NCBI GenBank assembly: GCA_043228905.1
Contig: JBHGNT010000010.1
Coordinates: 11,470,001 to 11,534,000 of the forward strand
DNA from: Azolla caroliniana
Lineage: Eukaryota; Plantae; Polypodiophyta
DNA length: 64,000 nt
Direction: 5' to 3'
The stretch's first letter is position 1. The number at the start of each line of letters is the position of its first letter. This document shows positions 62,101 to 64,000 of the stretch, piece by piece. A model generated the notes under the pieces. That model was given only the letters and a program-made list of their open reading frames with translations. It ran no database searches and was not told the origin of the DNA. A program made the position numbers and the translations under genes.

Positions 62101-63751
62101 GGCATCGACTACGATGAGACATACGCATCAGTCGCGAAGATGACAACCGTCTATGTCTTGTTTGTGGTCGCCACGGCGAAGGGTTGGCATTTGCACCAAA
62201 TGGATGTGAAGAACGCGTTCCTACAAAGAGAACTTGAAGAACACATATACATGGTGCAGCCACCCAGGTTTCAGTTCGGATTGAATACTTCGACAGTATA
62301 CTGACTCAAGAAGTCCCTTTATAGATTAAAGCAAGACCTGCATGCCTAGAATGCAAAGATCACTCAGTGCTTGCATCGGATGGGGTTTGCCACATCCAAG
62401 TCGGACTCTTCACTCTTCATCTAACAAGGTCGAAATGGGCCGGTAAGTCTTTTACTTTATGTTCGTGATTTAGTCATCACCGGCGCCGACCCAGAGGAAA
62501 TCGATTGCGTCAACTCTAAGCTTGCGGCATCTTTCGAAATGAAGGACCTTGGAGACCTTCACTACTTCCTTGGGATCGAAGTGATCCACACCCCCAACGG
62601 CATATTGTTGTCTCAACAACACTATGTTTTGAATATGTTGTTCAAGTTCGACATAACAGATTGCCGACCGATCTCAACACCTCTTGACCGGAATCAAAAG
62701 CTACGTCTCGACTCTAGATCGGCCTGCAACAAAAACGGTTCCGACAAATTGTCGAAAGACTTATATATCTCACTATCACCCTACCCGACGTCAGCTATCC
62801 AGTCAGAGTGATCAGTTAGTTTATGTAGTGTCCAACCGTCGAGCACCTTCGGTGCATGCATTGTCTATTGAAATAGGTGAGCGGCACTAAGGATCGGGGG
62901 GACTATTGTATAAACACAGTGTAACCAAGCAATTAGTTGGTTATACTTATGTCGATTGGGTCGGTGATGCGTCAAATCGTCGGTCAACATCCAGCTTTAC
63001 GTTTTCTCTTGGGAGCACAACTATTGCGTGGAGTAGCAAGAAGGAGCCGTCGTTGGCTTTGTCGAGCATTGAGGTTGAATACCGAGGGGCTACCGTTGTG
63101 ACCTATGAAGCCATTTAGCTTTTGGCGGCTGTTGCAAGACCTTCAGATCGAAGTACCAACTCCGATCCCGATCTACTGCAACAACATCAATAGCATGCAG
63201 CTCGCCAAGAACCCCATGTTCCATGCTCTCACTAAGCACATCGAGGTGCATTATCACTTTGTGCGCAAATGGGTTCTGAGAGGTGACTCCGATATGTTTG
63301 AACCGATCGGCAGGTTGCTGACATCTTCACCAAGCCACTCCGATCAGACAAGTTGCAACAATTTTCGGAGATCTTCTCTGTGTGATTCAAGCTTACCATT
63401 AAACCTTTGTTCTATTCCTATGGCTATCCGGCAGAACCGATTGTGTCTACAAGCTTTTGCATGCTATTCTTTTCACCTCTTGTGCCATCAACCTTAGTCC
63501 ATATTTATTTTATAACAATACTAGAGAAGGGGGATTCTTAATCCCCTCTTGTGCCATCAACAAACAAACAACTTGTATGACGTCTAGCTCCTCTACTCTC
63601 CCATCGAGGTATATTTAAGATTAAGCTTATGTGGTTTGGGCTTACAAACACAAATATATATATATATTGATTGATTGATTGATTATATCGTCATCTTTGG
63701 AGGTCAAATATAACCTATGAGACCAAAAATATTATTACATTTCATTTTAAA

Positions 63752-64000
63752 CGTAACGTGCGGAAGCTATATGACACACACAATACCAACAGGAGGAAAC
63801 AATAGGTTTAATGGAGAGCTTAAGACACGACGTACGTGGGAGAGACAGAGAGGGAAAAAAACACAGAAGAAACTAAATTCAAAATAATGTGTAAAAACTC
63901 TTTGTACATAGGATGTGCTTAGGGAACACTTTTATATACAAGTTCATACGGAATGACAGAAGTACTGACACATACTTCAATGCTCATAACTAAGCACCTA
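63752..64000 (-). repeat. Partial LTR of the C3/C4 Copia family running off the window
   Basis: GTGCGGAAGC, GGTTTAATGG, GGGAGAGACAGAG and TGTACATAGGATGTGCT match 36580-36810. Confidence 0.8.

Larger units (their letters stand above)
53143..63475 (+). mobile_element. Decayed Copia element C4 (family of C3) with two nested insertions and a deletion removing the RH tail, PPT and most of the 3' LTR
   Basis: 5' LTR 53143-53605, degenerate PBS TCCTATCAAAGC, gag (MHQYLLGHDYWSY), INT, RT and RH remnants; 3' LTR remnant about 63372-63475 matches about 53500-53605; TSD uncertain (CCTTA/CCTCT). Confidence 0.85.

Overview
Plant nuclear DNA made almost entirely of nested, mostly decayed retrotransposons. 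It probably comes from a seed-free land plant such as a fern; that is an inference from the Tcn1-type chromoviruses and the Penelope-like element. The only clear host gene is an intronless chloroplast SECE1 (49184-49816, +). LTR termini, primer-binding sites (PBS), polypurine tracts (PPT) and target-site duplications (TSD) let most of the nesting be reconstructed. It includes a Tat-type Gypsy with an extra RNase H, several Copia elements, two chromoviruses (one with a Tf1-style self-priming PBS), a Gypsy with a long 3' extra ORF, and several solo LTRs. There is also a tRNA-Trp-primed Gypsy group that makes 4-bp TSDs and includes a young gag-only non-autonomous element. The most unusual item is a 5'-truncated Penelope-like retroelement (16507-18549, -) inserted antisense into a Copia RT. 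Its RT ORF is uninterrupted, has no C-terminal GIY-YIG endonuclease, and is followed by a minimal type-I hammerhead ribozyme (17401-17446). All calls were made by eye from the sequence; no searches were run.
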